From Clostridia bacterium (GTDB lineage Bacteria; Bacillota; Clostridia; UBA1381; UBA9506), in NCBI GenBank assembly GCA_045590535.1, contig JAZNRE010000005.1, positions 8,485 to 72,484 of the forward strand: a stretch of 64,000 bases of DNA, in the 5' to 3' direction. Below the pieces are notes generated by a model. It had not been told where the DNA came from. It worked only from the letters and a program-made list of their open reading frames with translations, and ran no database searches. A program made the translations under genes and the position numbers. Numbering within the stretch: position 1 is the first letter of the stretch; each line of letters opens with the position of its first letter. Positions 54,501 through 62,533 of the stretch are shown piece by piece.

Positions 54501-54832
54501 CTTTGCTGAAAAATGCGGCAGGCCGCTTCATAGGCCGAAAGTGCCGTTCCTAAAATGTTAATGCCCTGCTCCTGTGCCTTTATTTTTGTCGCCTCATCAA
54601 CGCTGCGACCGTCAACCAGCAAAATGCAGGCCGGATCGGTTAAAGCCGCCACAGCGGCAATGTTCACATTGCCCTGAATGGTGATCCACACCTGACCTTC
54701 TTCCACACGGCTCATGGCAAGGCTTAATAAATCACCAATGTAGCAACCGTCTATCTCTTTTTCCAGGTTGCCCTCTGTGATGATTTGCAAATCGTTTTTT
54801 TCAATAAATTCACGAACTGTCATGTTTCTCAC
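54497..54832 (-). CDS. DRTGG domain protein (second copy)
   Basis: 111 aa. CYIGDLLSLAMSRV...VWITIQGNVNIAAVAAL...ILLVDGRSVDEAT...GINILGT fits the DRTGG fold pattern. It has a 4-nt overlap at both ends. Confidence 0.75.
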   Translation of the reverse strand: MRNMTVREFIEKNDLQIITEGNLEKEIDGCYIGDLLSLAMSRVEEGQVWITIQGNVNIAAVAALTDPACILLVDGRSVDEATKIKAQEQGINILGTALSAYEAACRIFQQS

Positions 54833-56169
54833 CTTTCGTAATATTCCCGGTCATCCGTTTTAAATGAGCCGGGCATTTCTTCTTCTAGGGCAATCATTTG
54901 CCGTGCCAGTTCTCGCACCTTTTCACGCAGTTTATAAATGCAGTCGGTTTCGGTGGCAAAGCCACGGACAATATCTTCTGCCAGACTTTTGCAGCTGGGG
55001 GCCCCGCAGGAACCGCAATCCAGTTGCGGCAAATCTTCATAAATTTCCTGCATCCTTTCCATTTTCTGCATAGCCACGGTGATGTCATCATCCAAATTAA
55101 GCACATTGCGGTATGTAACCGGGTTATCCCATTTAAGCTCTTCGTTATCAATGGGAACCATCACGGGCTTCTGCCCTTTTTTCATAAGCTCATTGGCCAA
55201 TTTTTTAATCTTTGTTTTGGCCACAAAGGTGTTATCAACCGTGAGCGGACCACCTACACAGCCGCCTGTGCAGGCCAATGCCTCAATGAAGTCCACATCA
55301 ATCTTTTCATCATCTTCAATTTCTTCTAAAAGCCGCACAACATGATCAATGCCGTCCACGGCTACATACTTGTCGCTGTTTAAGGCACTTGCCTCGCCGC
55401 CGGAGGCCGCCCAGCGAACACCGGCAAAAGCGCAGGTGGATAATTCCTCCACCTTTTCAATTTTGCCCAAAATCGGCAGCAGCTTTAAATACACTTCTTT
55501 GACGGACAGCACACCGTCAACCAACGGCACAGAGCTGCCAAGGGGATTGCGCACTGCAGTGGCTTTTGCCGCACAGGGCGAAATGAAAAACACGCCGATT
55601 TCAGATGGTTTTAACCCCGTTTTGCGCACCGCTTCCTGCCGCGCTACCTTTGCCGCTGTTTCCATGGGGGAAATAAGGGGCAGCACATGGTTAATGAGAT
55701 TGGGGAAACGGACAGAAATCAGGCGCACAACTGTGGGACATGCCGAGTTAATAACCGGCCGCTTCAGCTTGCCCTCTTCAAGCAGTTGCTTGGTGTAGGC
55801 TGTGATGGCTTCGGTGGCCTTTGCCACCTCATAAACATCATCAAAGCCCAAATATTTAAGTCCTGTCAAAATTAGGTTAATATCTTTTAAATTGTTAAAC
55901 TGTCCATAGAGCGTTGGCGCCGGAATGGCCACCTTATAGCGATAGTTAAAAATGTCATCCAGACGCTCTGTAACTGCACTTTTTGCATGATAAGGGCAAA
56001 CACGGATGCACTCGCCACAGTCAATGCACCGTTCTTTAATGATTTTTGCCTTGCCGTCTCGCACACGAATTGCTTCTGTGGGGCAGCCCTTAATACAATT
56101 GATACAGCCTTTGCACTTATCTCTGTCCAGTCTGACCGAATGATAATACTGTCTTTCCGTATCGCTCAT
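54829..56169 (-). CDS. [FeFe]-hydrogenase-like protein: 2x[4Fe-4S] ferredoxin, H-cluster domain and C-terminal 4-Cys FeS domain
   Basis: CKGCINCIKGCP and CIDCGECIRVCP (ferredoxin). NSACP corresponds to L1 (TSCCP), ISPCAAK to L2 (MPCxxK), and EALACTGGCVGGP to L3 (ExMxCxxGCxxG). The C-terminal motif is LDCGSCGAPSCKS...C. Confidence 0.8.
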   Translation of the reverse strand: MSDTERQYYHSVRLDRDKCKGCINCIKGCPTEAIRVRDGKAKIIKERCIDCGECIRVCPYHAKSAVTERLDDIFNYRYKVAIPAPTLYGQFNNLKDINLILTGLKYLGFDDVYEVAKATEAITAYTKQLLEEGKLKRPVINSACPTVVRLISVRFPNLINHVLPLISPMETAAKVARQEAVRKTGLKPSEIGVFFISPCAAKATAVRNPLGSSVPLVDGVLSVKEVYLKLLPILGKIEKVEELSTCAFAGVRWAASGGEASALNSDKYVAVDGIDHVVRLLEEIEDDEKIDVDFIEALACTGGCVGGPLTVDNTFVAKTKIKKLANELMKKGQKPVMVPIDNEELKWDNPVTYRNVLNLDDDITVAMQKMERMQEIYEDLPQLDCGSCGAPSCKSLAEDIVRGFATETDCIYKLREKVRELARQMIALEEEMPGSFKTDDREYYER

Positions 56170-56193
56170 ACACAGCCTCCCTCTGCTGACTTT

Positions 56194-56622
56194 TTAGTTC
56201 AGCTTGATAATCATAGTTACGGTTGTTCCCTTACCCACCTGGGATTCGATGGTCATGGAATCGGAATATTTTTTCATGTTAGGTAGTCCCATGCCCGCAC
56301 CAAAGCCCAGCTCTCTTGCCTCGTCTGTTGCGGTGGAAAAACCTTCCTGCATGGCCTTGTCAATATCGGAAATGCCGGGGCCGTTATCGGTGAATACAAT
56401 GGTGATGGCATCCGACGAAATGGCAACATTGGCCTCGCCGCCCTTGCCGTGAATGATGGTGTTAATTTCACCTTCATACATAGAAATAGCTGCTTTTCGG
56501 ATGGCTTCAGGAGACACACCCAATTGCTTTAACACCTTTTTAATGTTACTTGAAGCCTGACCGGCTGTGGTGAAGTTGTTGCCGTCAATGGTGTAATGCA
56601 GATTGATTGTTTTTTCAGCCAT
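56194..56622 (-). CDS. HATPase_c-type ATP-binding protein (anti-sigma-factor/Ser-kinase-like)
   Basis: 142 aa. EGEINTIIHG (N-box-like), TDNGPGISD (G1) and GFGAGMGLPNM (G2), followed by GKGTTVTMI. The size and motifs resemble RsbW/SpoIIAB-type kinases. Confidence 0.75.
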   Translation of the reverse strand: MAEKTINLHYTIDGNNFTTAGQASSNIKKVLKQLGVSPEAIRKAAISMYEGEINTIIHGKGGEANVAISSDAITIVFTDNGPGISDIDKAMQEGFSTATDEARELGFGAGMGLPNMKKYSDSMTIESQVGKGTTVTMIIKLN

Positions 56623-56625
56623 ATG

Positions 56626-56973
56626 TTACTCCCCTCTGCCAACAAGACCATTTTTATACAGTTCTCCACAAGCAATGTATAAGGGGAATTCCGTTGTCAT
56701 AATGGTGATGCCCATATCCTCTGCCAGCTCTAAAACCGGTGCCTGCGGCACCTTGCCACGAACAAAAACAATGATTTTGATGTCCATCATTTCGCAGGTT
56801 CTAATAACTTGCGGATTCACAAGACCCGTTAAGAGCAACGCCTGATTTTTAACAAAGGCCAAAACATCGCTCATCAAATCGCTGCCGCAAGCAGACTGCA
56901 CTTCTAAATCCTCCCAAGGAGCTTTGGTTAAAACCTTTGCATGTAAAATTTCACTTACCTGTTTCAGTTTCAT
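56626..56973 (-). CDS. DRTGG domain protein (first copy)
   Basis: 115 aa. ACGSDLMSDVLAFVKNQALLLTGLVNPQVIRTCEMMDIKIIVFVRGKVP...LAEDMGITIM. Confidence 0.75.
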   Translation of the reverse strand: MKLKQVSEILHAKVLTKAPWEDLEVQSACGSDLMSDVLAFVKNQALLLTGLVNPQVIRTCEMMDIKIIVFVRGKVPQAPVLELAEDMGITIMTTEFPLYIACGELYKNGLVGRGE

Positions 56974-57047
56974 AACAATGTTCCTTTCTTAATCGCATTC
57001 GGAATTTCAAGTCACAACACACAGAAAACATTGGCTTCTGTGCCTTC

Positions 57048-57076
57048 ATTTTATCATGAATGGTTTTTTTCGTCAA
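57048..57076 (-). promoter_or_regulatory. Sigma-A type promoter of the DRTGG/hydrogenase-like operon (TTGACG-N17-TAAAAT)
   Basis: The reverse complement reads TTGACG aaaaaaaccattcatga TAAAAT, about 70 nt upstream of the 56973 start. Confidence 0.5.
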
Positions 57077-57077
57077 G

Positions 57078-57103
57078 AAAAACCGTTCCATAGGACATGG
57101 AAC
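57078..57103 (-). terminator. Probable addA terminator
   Basis: GTTCCAT-N5-ATGGAAC hairpin abutting the addA stop codon. On the minus strand it is followed by GGTTTTT. Confidence 0.45.
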
Positions 57104-60100
57104 TACAGCTCGATAAGGGTATCATAGTGGAAAAGATATAAATACCGGTGCACAACCTTTTGCCCAAACATTTTCTCGGCAGCCTCACGGTAGCAATCAA
57201 GCTGAATGCGGTAATGCTCTTTTAGTTCTTCCGGTGTTTTGCTGCGGTCGGTTTTATAATCAATAATGCTGATTCCCTCATCCTCAAACAAAACACAGTC
57301 CATCATGCCCTGCAGCATAATCGTTCCTTTTACACGGAAGAAGGGCTCTGCCTCTGTTTGAATACCAAACGAAACCTCCCGCAACACCTTTTTAGAGGCA
57401 GACAACCGCTGACCCAGCTCTGATTGCATGAAGGTGAGCACCTTATGAATCGGAATGCTCTCCGCTTCTTGTTGGGTTAAAATACCTCTCGAAAACAGGG
57501 TATCAATTTGCTTTTGAATCGCCTGGGGACTGTCACAATCATTAAATTGCAAATTCTCTAAGAAGGTGTGTAGAGCCGTACCCGCCTCGGCACCACTGAG
57601 CCTTCCGCTGCGTTCCATTAAAAAGACGGGTCTGGGATAAAGATAAACCGAATCGGCTTCTTCGCCACTGCTTTTTCGCTTTAACTCCGTAACCGTTAGT
57701 TTCGCCGGAAGCTGCCCCTCCTCTTGATAGGGATATCGATAATGCAGCATAGCCGGCAACGAACCCGCCTCTTTGGGCTCTTCTTCTTTTTGGGTTTCTG
57801 CTATGGGCTCTTCTTCTGTAAATAAAGAATCTCCCTCCAGCCACTTTATGCAAAAACGGCTATCATCCACAGACAGACGAAACCTTTCTGTTTCCGCTTT
57901 TTTTCGCAACAGTTCAGCATCGGGATGGGTGCAAAGGGCCATTAAAATCCAATCCAAATAGCACGCAGCCGTGGCGGTAAAGGCGCCGGAGACTCGCTCG
58001 CTTTCAGCACCCACAGCACATTTTTTTATTTTTCCTTCCAGGTTGCGGCCGGCCGCAAGCATAATGAGCTTTTCCCGGGCACGGGTCATGGCCACATAGA
58101 GAATGCGCATTTCTTCTGAAAGCGCCTCTTCTAACATGGCGTGGCGGACAATCTGCCGGGCACTGTTATCATAAACAAGCCCCAACTCTGTATCTATGTA
58201 TTTCGGTCCGTAACCCCAGTCGCTGTGAATGAGGACCTTTTCCGTTAAATCCTGCGTGTTAAATCCACGGGCCATGCCGGCTAAAATCACAACGGGGAAT
58301 TCAAGACCCTTACTTTTATGAATGCTCATCACACGGACGACATTTTGCTCTTCACCAATGGTGCGGCCACCGTCATAGTCGCCGCCCATGGATTGATATT
58401 CATCAATAAAGCGAATGAAATTATACAGTCCTTTTAAACCGGTTTTTTCAAAAGCTGCCGCCCGAGTATACAAAAGCCGCAGATTAAGCCGGCGCAAGGC
58501 TCCGCCGGAAAGGGTTGACTGCGCTTCATAAAATCCCGTTTCCATGTATAAATACCAAACCAGCTCGGCTGTATCTAAAATGCGGCTTTTTTCACGGTAT
58601 ATGCTCAAAGAGGACAAAAAGGACGCCAGTTTTTTGCCCAAAGCGTCTTGCTCTTCGGCCCGCAGGCACAAAGCATCAAACAAATCGGTTTTGCGGTTTG
58701 CCAGGCGAATTTCGGCCAGTTCATCCGTTGACAGGGCATAAAGCTGCGAACGCAAAACGGATAACAGGGGAATGTCCTGATGAGGATTATCAATAATTTT
58801 AAGTAGCGACATCATCACAGTTATCTCCTGGCTTTGCAAAAAGGAGCTGCCGGCATCGCTGTAGCAGGGAATGCCTCTATCAGACAGAGCCTTGCAAAAG
58901 ACCGCGGCTGTATTTTTGGTGGAGCGCATTAAAATGCAAATATCCCGATAGGTCAAGGGTCGCACGCCGTTTTTGCCCAGCACCTGATAGCCACTCTCTA
59001 TCAGTTCGGCAATGCGACCTGCTGCCATGATGGCCTCTGCCTCTACGGCTTCGGGCGGTTCTTCTTCATCAGACTGGCCGTTTAATTCGGCAAGCCACAA
59101 TTCCGTTTCAAAAGGCAAGTGATGTTCCATGGCAGGATACATTGCCCCGGGATAAAGCATTTCTTCTTCATTATATTCAATTTCGCCGGTCTCGGCAGAC
59201 ATCACCCGTTTAAAAATGAAATTGATGCCGTCTAACACCTCGCTGCGGCTACGAAAGTTTTGTGAAAGCAAAATTTTGCGTTTGGGTGCATCGGTCTTGT
59301 GACTGTAGGTTTCTTTTTTCTCCCGAAAGAGCTTGGGGTTGGTGTTACGGAAACGATAAATGCTTTGCTTCACATCGCCCACCAAAAAGAGACCACCCTC
59401 TTTTTTAATAGCGCCAAAGATTGCCTCTTGAAGAGCGCTTGTGTCCTGATATTCATCAATCAAAATTTCGTCATAGCTTTGCTGTTCTGCCAAAGCAACG
59501 GCTGTAGGCTGTCCGGATGCATCGACAAACAGTCGATAGCATCCATGCTCCAAATCGTTATAGTTCAGCAGGTTTTTCGCCGCCTTTTTTTCGTCAAACC
59601 GGTCCATGAGCCGTTTCACCAATTCAGAAAGGCAACGCATTAAAGGATGCAGCTTTAATAAAACCGCCTTTTGCTCCTCTTGAGGCAGGCAAAAAAGCTC
59701 TTCCCGTAATTTTTTCATGTCTGTATTTTTCACACCATCACGCATTTTGCGGAGGCTCTCCCGGTAGCGGGGCTGTGCATCTTTTGGGACACGGGGAATG
59801 GTATCAAAGGTGAAGGCCATCAGCTGCTGATAAAACAGCTCATAATCCTGAATGGAATACAGGCTTATAAAAGCCTCTCTTTCGGCATAGAGCAACTGGT
59901 AAAAAGCCTCACCTCCGTCATCGGCCTCGGCTAGCGAGAGCATGGTGGCATATTTTTCAACAATGCCCTGCACTCTTCTTTTACCAATGGCTAAAAGCTC
60001 TCCGGCATAGGGTGTTTGAGCAAAATCTTCTGCCAGTTCAAAGCGCTTTGCCGCTTCATCCAGCCATCCTTTGGGGTTCGGCAGGCTCATAGCAAAATCG

Positions 60101-60642
60101 TAAATATGATTCACCAATTTATAAAAAGGTTCCGGGTTTTTAATATGTAAATACGCCTCTGTTAAGCGAAGAAAATCCTCGGCATAGGCTTTATCGTCAT
60201 ACATGGCTTCCATAACCTCTTCTAAAGCAGCAAGGCGCATCAATTCATTTTCTGTGGGGTCAGCAATGCGAAAATTCGGATCAAGACCCAACGAGTCAAA
60301 ATTTGCCCGCAAAACCTTGTGACAATAAGCATGAATGGTGGTGATAGAGGCATTAGAAAGCAAGGCAAGCTGACGCAAAAGCAGTTGATTGTCCGGCTCT
60401 TGTTCCAGTTTTTTAGAAAGAGCCGCACCAATTCTCTGCCGCATTTCGGCCGCTGCTGCATTGGTAAAGGTTACCACAAGCAACCGGTCTAAATCCACCG
60501 GTTGCTCGCGGTCTGTTATTCTTTCGATAATGCGTTCCACCAGCACCGCCGTTTTACCGCTGCCAGCTGCCGCTGCAACTAGAATGTCGGCCCCGCGTGC
60601 ATCAATGGCCGCTTGTTGTGATTCTGTCCATTTTGTTCCCAT
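57103..60642 (-). CDS. addA: Helicase-exonuclease AddAB, subunit AddA
   Basis: UvrD-type motifs: AAAGSGKT, IDEYQDT, LSQNFRS, VMSIHKSKGLEFP and YVAMTRAREKL. The C-terminal PD-(D/E)xK nuclease motif is IIDYKTD. The ATG at 60642 lies 8 nt after AGGAG. Confidence 0.9.
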   Translation of the reverse strand: MGTKWTESQQAAIDARGADILVAAAAGSGKTAVLVERIIERITDREQPVDLDRLLVVTFTNAAAAEMRQRIGAALSKKLEQEPDNQLLLRQLALLSNASITTIHAYCHKVLRANFDSLGLDPNFRIADPTENELMRLAALEEVMEAMYDDKAYAEDFLRLTEAYLHIKNPEPFYKLVNHIYDFAMSLPNPKGWLDEAAKRFELAEDFAQTPYAGELLAIGKRRVQGIVEKYATMLSLAEADDGGEAFYQLLYAEREAFISLYSIQDYELFYQQLMAFTFDTIPRVPKDAQPRYRESLRKMRDGVKNTDMKKLREELFCLPQEEQKAVLLKLHPLMRCLSELVKRLMDRFDEKKAAKNLLNYNDLEHGCYRLFVDASGQPTAVALAEQQSYDEILIDEYQDTSALQEAIFGAIKKEGGLFLVGDVKQSIYRFRNTNPKLFREKKETYSHKTDAPKRKILLSQNFRSRSEVLDGINFIFKRVMSAETGEIEYNEEEMLYPGAMYPAMEHHLPFETELWLAELNGQSDEEEPPEAVEAEAIMAAGRIAELIESGYQVLGKNGVRPLTYRDICILMRSTKNTAAVFCKALSDRGIPCYSDAGSSFLQSQEITVMMSLLKIIDNPHQDIPLLSVLRSQLYALSTDELAEIRLANRKTDLFDALCLRAEEQDALGKKLASFLSSLSIYREKSRILDTAELVWYLYMETGFYEAQSTLSGGALRRLNLRLLYTRAAAFEKTGLKGLYNFIRFIDEYQSMGGDYDGGRTIGEEQNVVRVMSIHKSKGLEFPVVILAGMARGFNTQDLTEKVLIHSDWGYGPKYIDTELGLVYDNSARQIVRHAMLEEALSEEMRILYVAMTRAREKLIMLAAGRNLEGKIKKCAVGAESERVSGAFTATAACYLDWILMALCTHPDAELLRKKAETERFRLSVDDSRFCIKWLEGDSLFTEEEPIAETQKEEEPKEAGSLPAMLHYRYPYQEEGQLPAKLTVTELKRKSSGEEADSVYLYPRPVFLMERSGRLSGAEAGTALHTFLENLQFNDCDSPQAIQKQIDTLFSRGILTQQEAESIPIHKVLTFMQSELGQRLSASKKVLREVSFGIQTEAEPFFRVKGTIMLQGMMDCVLFEDEGISIIDYKTDRSKTPEELKEHYRIQLDCYREAAEKMFGQKVVHRYLYLFHYDTLIEL

Positions 60643-60731
60643 CTGTACCACTCCTAAAAGCCTGTCATTTCCCTCTTTAGCTTTAGTATAGCACAGATTT
60701 TTTTCACTTACAATCCTATTTTTTAAATTCC

Positions 60732-60911
60732 CTATCGGCCGGATCGGGGCTGAAAGGTTTTGCATTGCACGCTGCATTGCTGAACAGGATCGCAGCTTGT
60801 CACTTCAATGGATGCCGCCTCACAATTCATATGTCCGCCGTTATACATGCAGTTTGTAACAGAGCAGGAAACGCCGGGCAGCGGTTTGTCGGTTTTTTTA
60901 ACCATCGTCAT
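60732..60911 (-). CDS. DUF1540 domain protein (small Cys-rich protein of spore formers)
   Basis: VSCSVTNCMYNGGHMNCEAASIEVTSC matches the DUF1540 CxVxNCxYN...C pattern. The ATG lies 6 nt after AGGAGGG. Confidence 0.65.
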   Translation of the reverse strand: MTMVKKTDKPLPGVSCSVTNCMYNGGHMNCEAASIEVTSCDPVQQCSVQCKTFQPRSGR

Positions 60912-61037
60912 CACTTTCCCTCCTTTTTTACAGATGTCTTTATTTTTGGTCGCACCGTTATTTTTATACATTTTTGTTTAAAAACTGTTTTTTGTGGTAT
61001 ATGTATAAATATACTACGACTTAAGGTGGTGATTTGC

Positions 61038-61511
61038 TTGGGCGCAATCTTTGAAAATCCGTCCTTGCTGCTTTGGCTTATTTTAATGCTTGTTTTTATT
61101 GTGGTCGAGGCCACCTCGGCAGCACTTATTTCCATTTGGTTTGCCGCTGGCTCTTTAGCTGCTATGGTGATTGCAGCTTTGGGACTGCCTGTGTGGTTGC
61201 AGATTTTGGTATTTATTGCTGTTTCCGGCATTGTTTTGTTAATGGCCAAACCCTTAATCAGCCGTCACATTAACCAAAAGGCAGAAAAAACCAATGCCGA
61301 CCGTGTTATTGATGCTGTGGGGCTTGTAAAAACAGACATTAACCCAATTGCATCAGCAGGACAGGTGGAGGTTATGGGGCAGCTTTGGTCAGCCCGTTCT
61401 GTAAATCAATTGCCCATTCCGGCAGGGAGCCAGGTGCGTGTTGTCGCCATTGAAGGCGCAAAACTTTTGGTAGAGCCTCACGCCGAACAAATTAAGGAGG
61501 AAGAAGCATGA
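61038..61511 (+). CDS. NfeD family membrane protein
   Basis: Three TM helices are followed by a C-terminal OB-fold (GQVEVMGQLWSARS...GSQVRVVAIEGAKLLVEP). The TTG start follows AAGGTGGTGA. It is coupled by a 4-nt overlap to the SPFH gene. Confidence 0.8.
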   Translation: MGAIFENPSLLLWLILMLVFIVVEATSAALISIWFAAGSLAAMVIAALGLPVWLQILVFIAVSGIVLLMAKPLISRHINQKAEKTNADRVIDAVGLVKTDINPIASAGQVEVMGQLWSARSVNQLPIPAGSQVRVVAIEGAKLLVEPHAEQIKEEEA

Positions 61512-62410
61512 GTGGAGTCATTACTGTAATTTTTATTGTTTTAGCTTTATGGGTTGTTATGTCCAGCATTAAAATTGTACCCCAGGCCAGCGCCTATGTT
61601 GTGCAGCAGCTGGGCACATATAAAACAACCTGGCAAACCGGTGTGCATTTTAAAATTCCCTTTATTGAAAAAGTGGCCAAAATTGTTTCCTTAAAAGAGC
61701 AAGTGGTGGATTTTGACCCACAACCCGTGATAACAAAAGATAATGTTACCATGCAAATTGACACGGTTGTGTTTTTTCAAATAACCGACCCTAAGCTGTA
61801 TACCTATGGTGTGGAAAAACCCATGAGCGCCATTGAGAATTTAACAGCAACCACCTTGCGTAACATTATCGGTGAGTTGGAGCTTGACCAAACACTCACC
61901 TCCCGTGACACAGTGAATGCAAAAATGCGTGCCATTTTAGATGAGGCCACAGACCCCTGGGGCATTAAAGTGAACCGGGTTGAGCTGAAAAACATTTTGC
62001 CTCCCCGTGAAATTCAGGATTCAATGGAACGGCAGATGAAAGCCGAGCGTGAACGCCGTGAATCTATCTTACGCGCTGAAGGCGAAAAGAAATCGGCCAT
62101 TTTGGTGGCAGAAGGTGAAAAAGAAGCCGCCATTTTGCGGGCGATTGCAAAACGCGAAGCCCAAATTCAGGAGGCCGAAGGTGAAGCCCAGGCCATTATC
62201 AGCGTGCAAAAGGCCGTTGCCGAAGGCATTCGCATGTTAAACGAGGCCGGTGCCACAAAAGAAGTGATTGCCCTGCAAAGCCTGGAAGCTTTTAAAGAAG
62301 CGGCAAACGGCAAAGCCACAAAACTGATTATCCCCTCTGACATACAGGGCTTAGCCGGTCTGGCTGCCTCTTTAAAAGAGATTGTGGCCGATAAAGACCA
62401 AGAGGCATAA
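61508..62410 (+). CDS. SPFH/Band-7 (stomatin-like) protein
   Basis: An N-terminal TM helix, then IVPQASAYVVQQLGTY...TKDNVTMQIDTVVFFQI and a coiled-coil EAERE-rich tail. Confidence 0.9.
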   Translation: MSGVITVIFIVLALWVVMSSIKIVPQASAYVVQQLGTYKTTWQTGVHFKIPFIEKVAKIVSLKEQVVDFDPQPVITKDNVTMQIDTVVFFQITDPKLYTYGVEKPMSAIENLTATTLRNIIGELELDQTLTSRDTVNAKMRAILDEATDPWGIKVNRVELKNILPPREIQDSMERQMKAERERRESILRAEGEKKSAILVAEGEKEAAILRAIAKREAQIQEAEGEAQAIISVQKAVAEGIRMLNEAGATKEVIALQSLEAFKEAANGKATKLIIPSDIQGLAGLAASLKEIVADKDQEA

Positions 62411-62446
62411 GCCCGTCTGTATAAATCCACAGATAAAAGAAACACT

Positions 62447-62481
62447 AAAGGGTGCAGAACCATTCGTTCTGCACCCTTTTT
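62447..62481 (+). terminator. Intrinsic terminator
   Basis: AAAGGGTGCAGAAC-CATTC-GTTCTGCACCCTTTTT. Confidence 0.75.
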
Positions 62482-62533
62482 GCATAAAAACAGAGATGTT
62501 TATGAATCAAAATAGGAAAGGAAGTTTAAAACC

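Noticed and set aside
60765-61037. N-terminal extensions offered by the ORF track: NfeD 60765-61037, GtrA 34699-34788, SGNH 36338-36467, AraB 46054-46110, AddA 60643-60777 and GerM 2653-2718.
   Set aside because: The extensions overlap neighbouring genes or promoters, lack RBSs and add non-homologous sequence. Internal starts with GGAGG-type RBSs give canonical N-termini.
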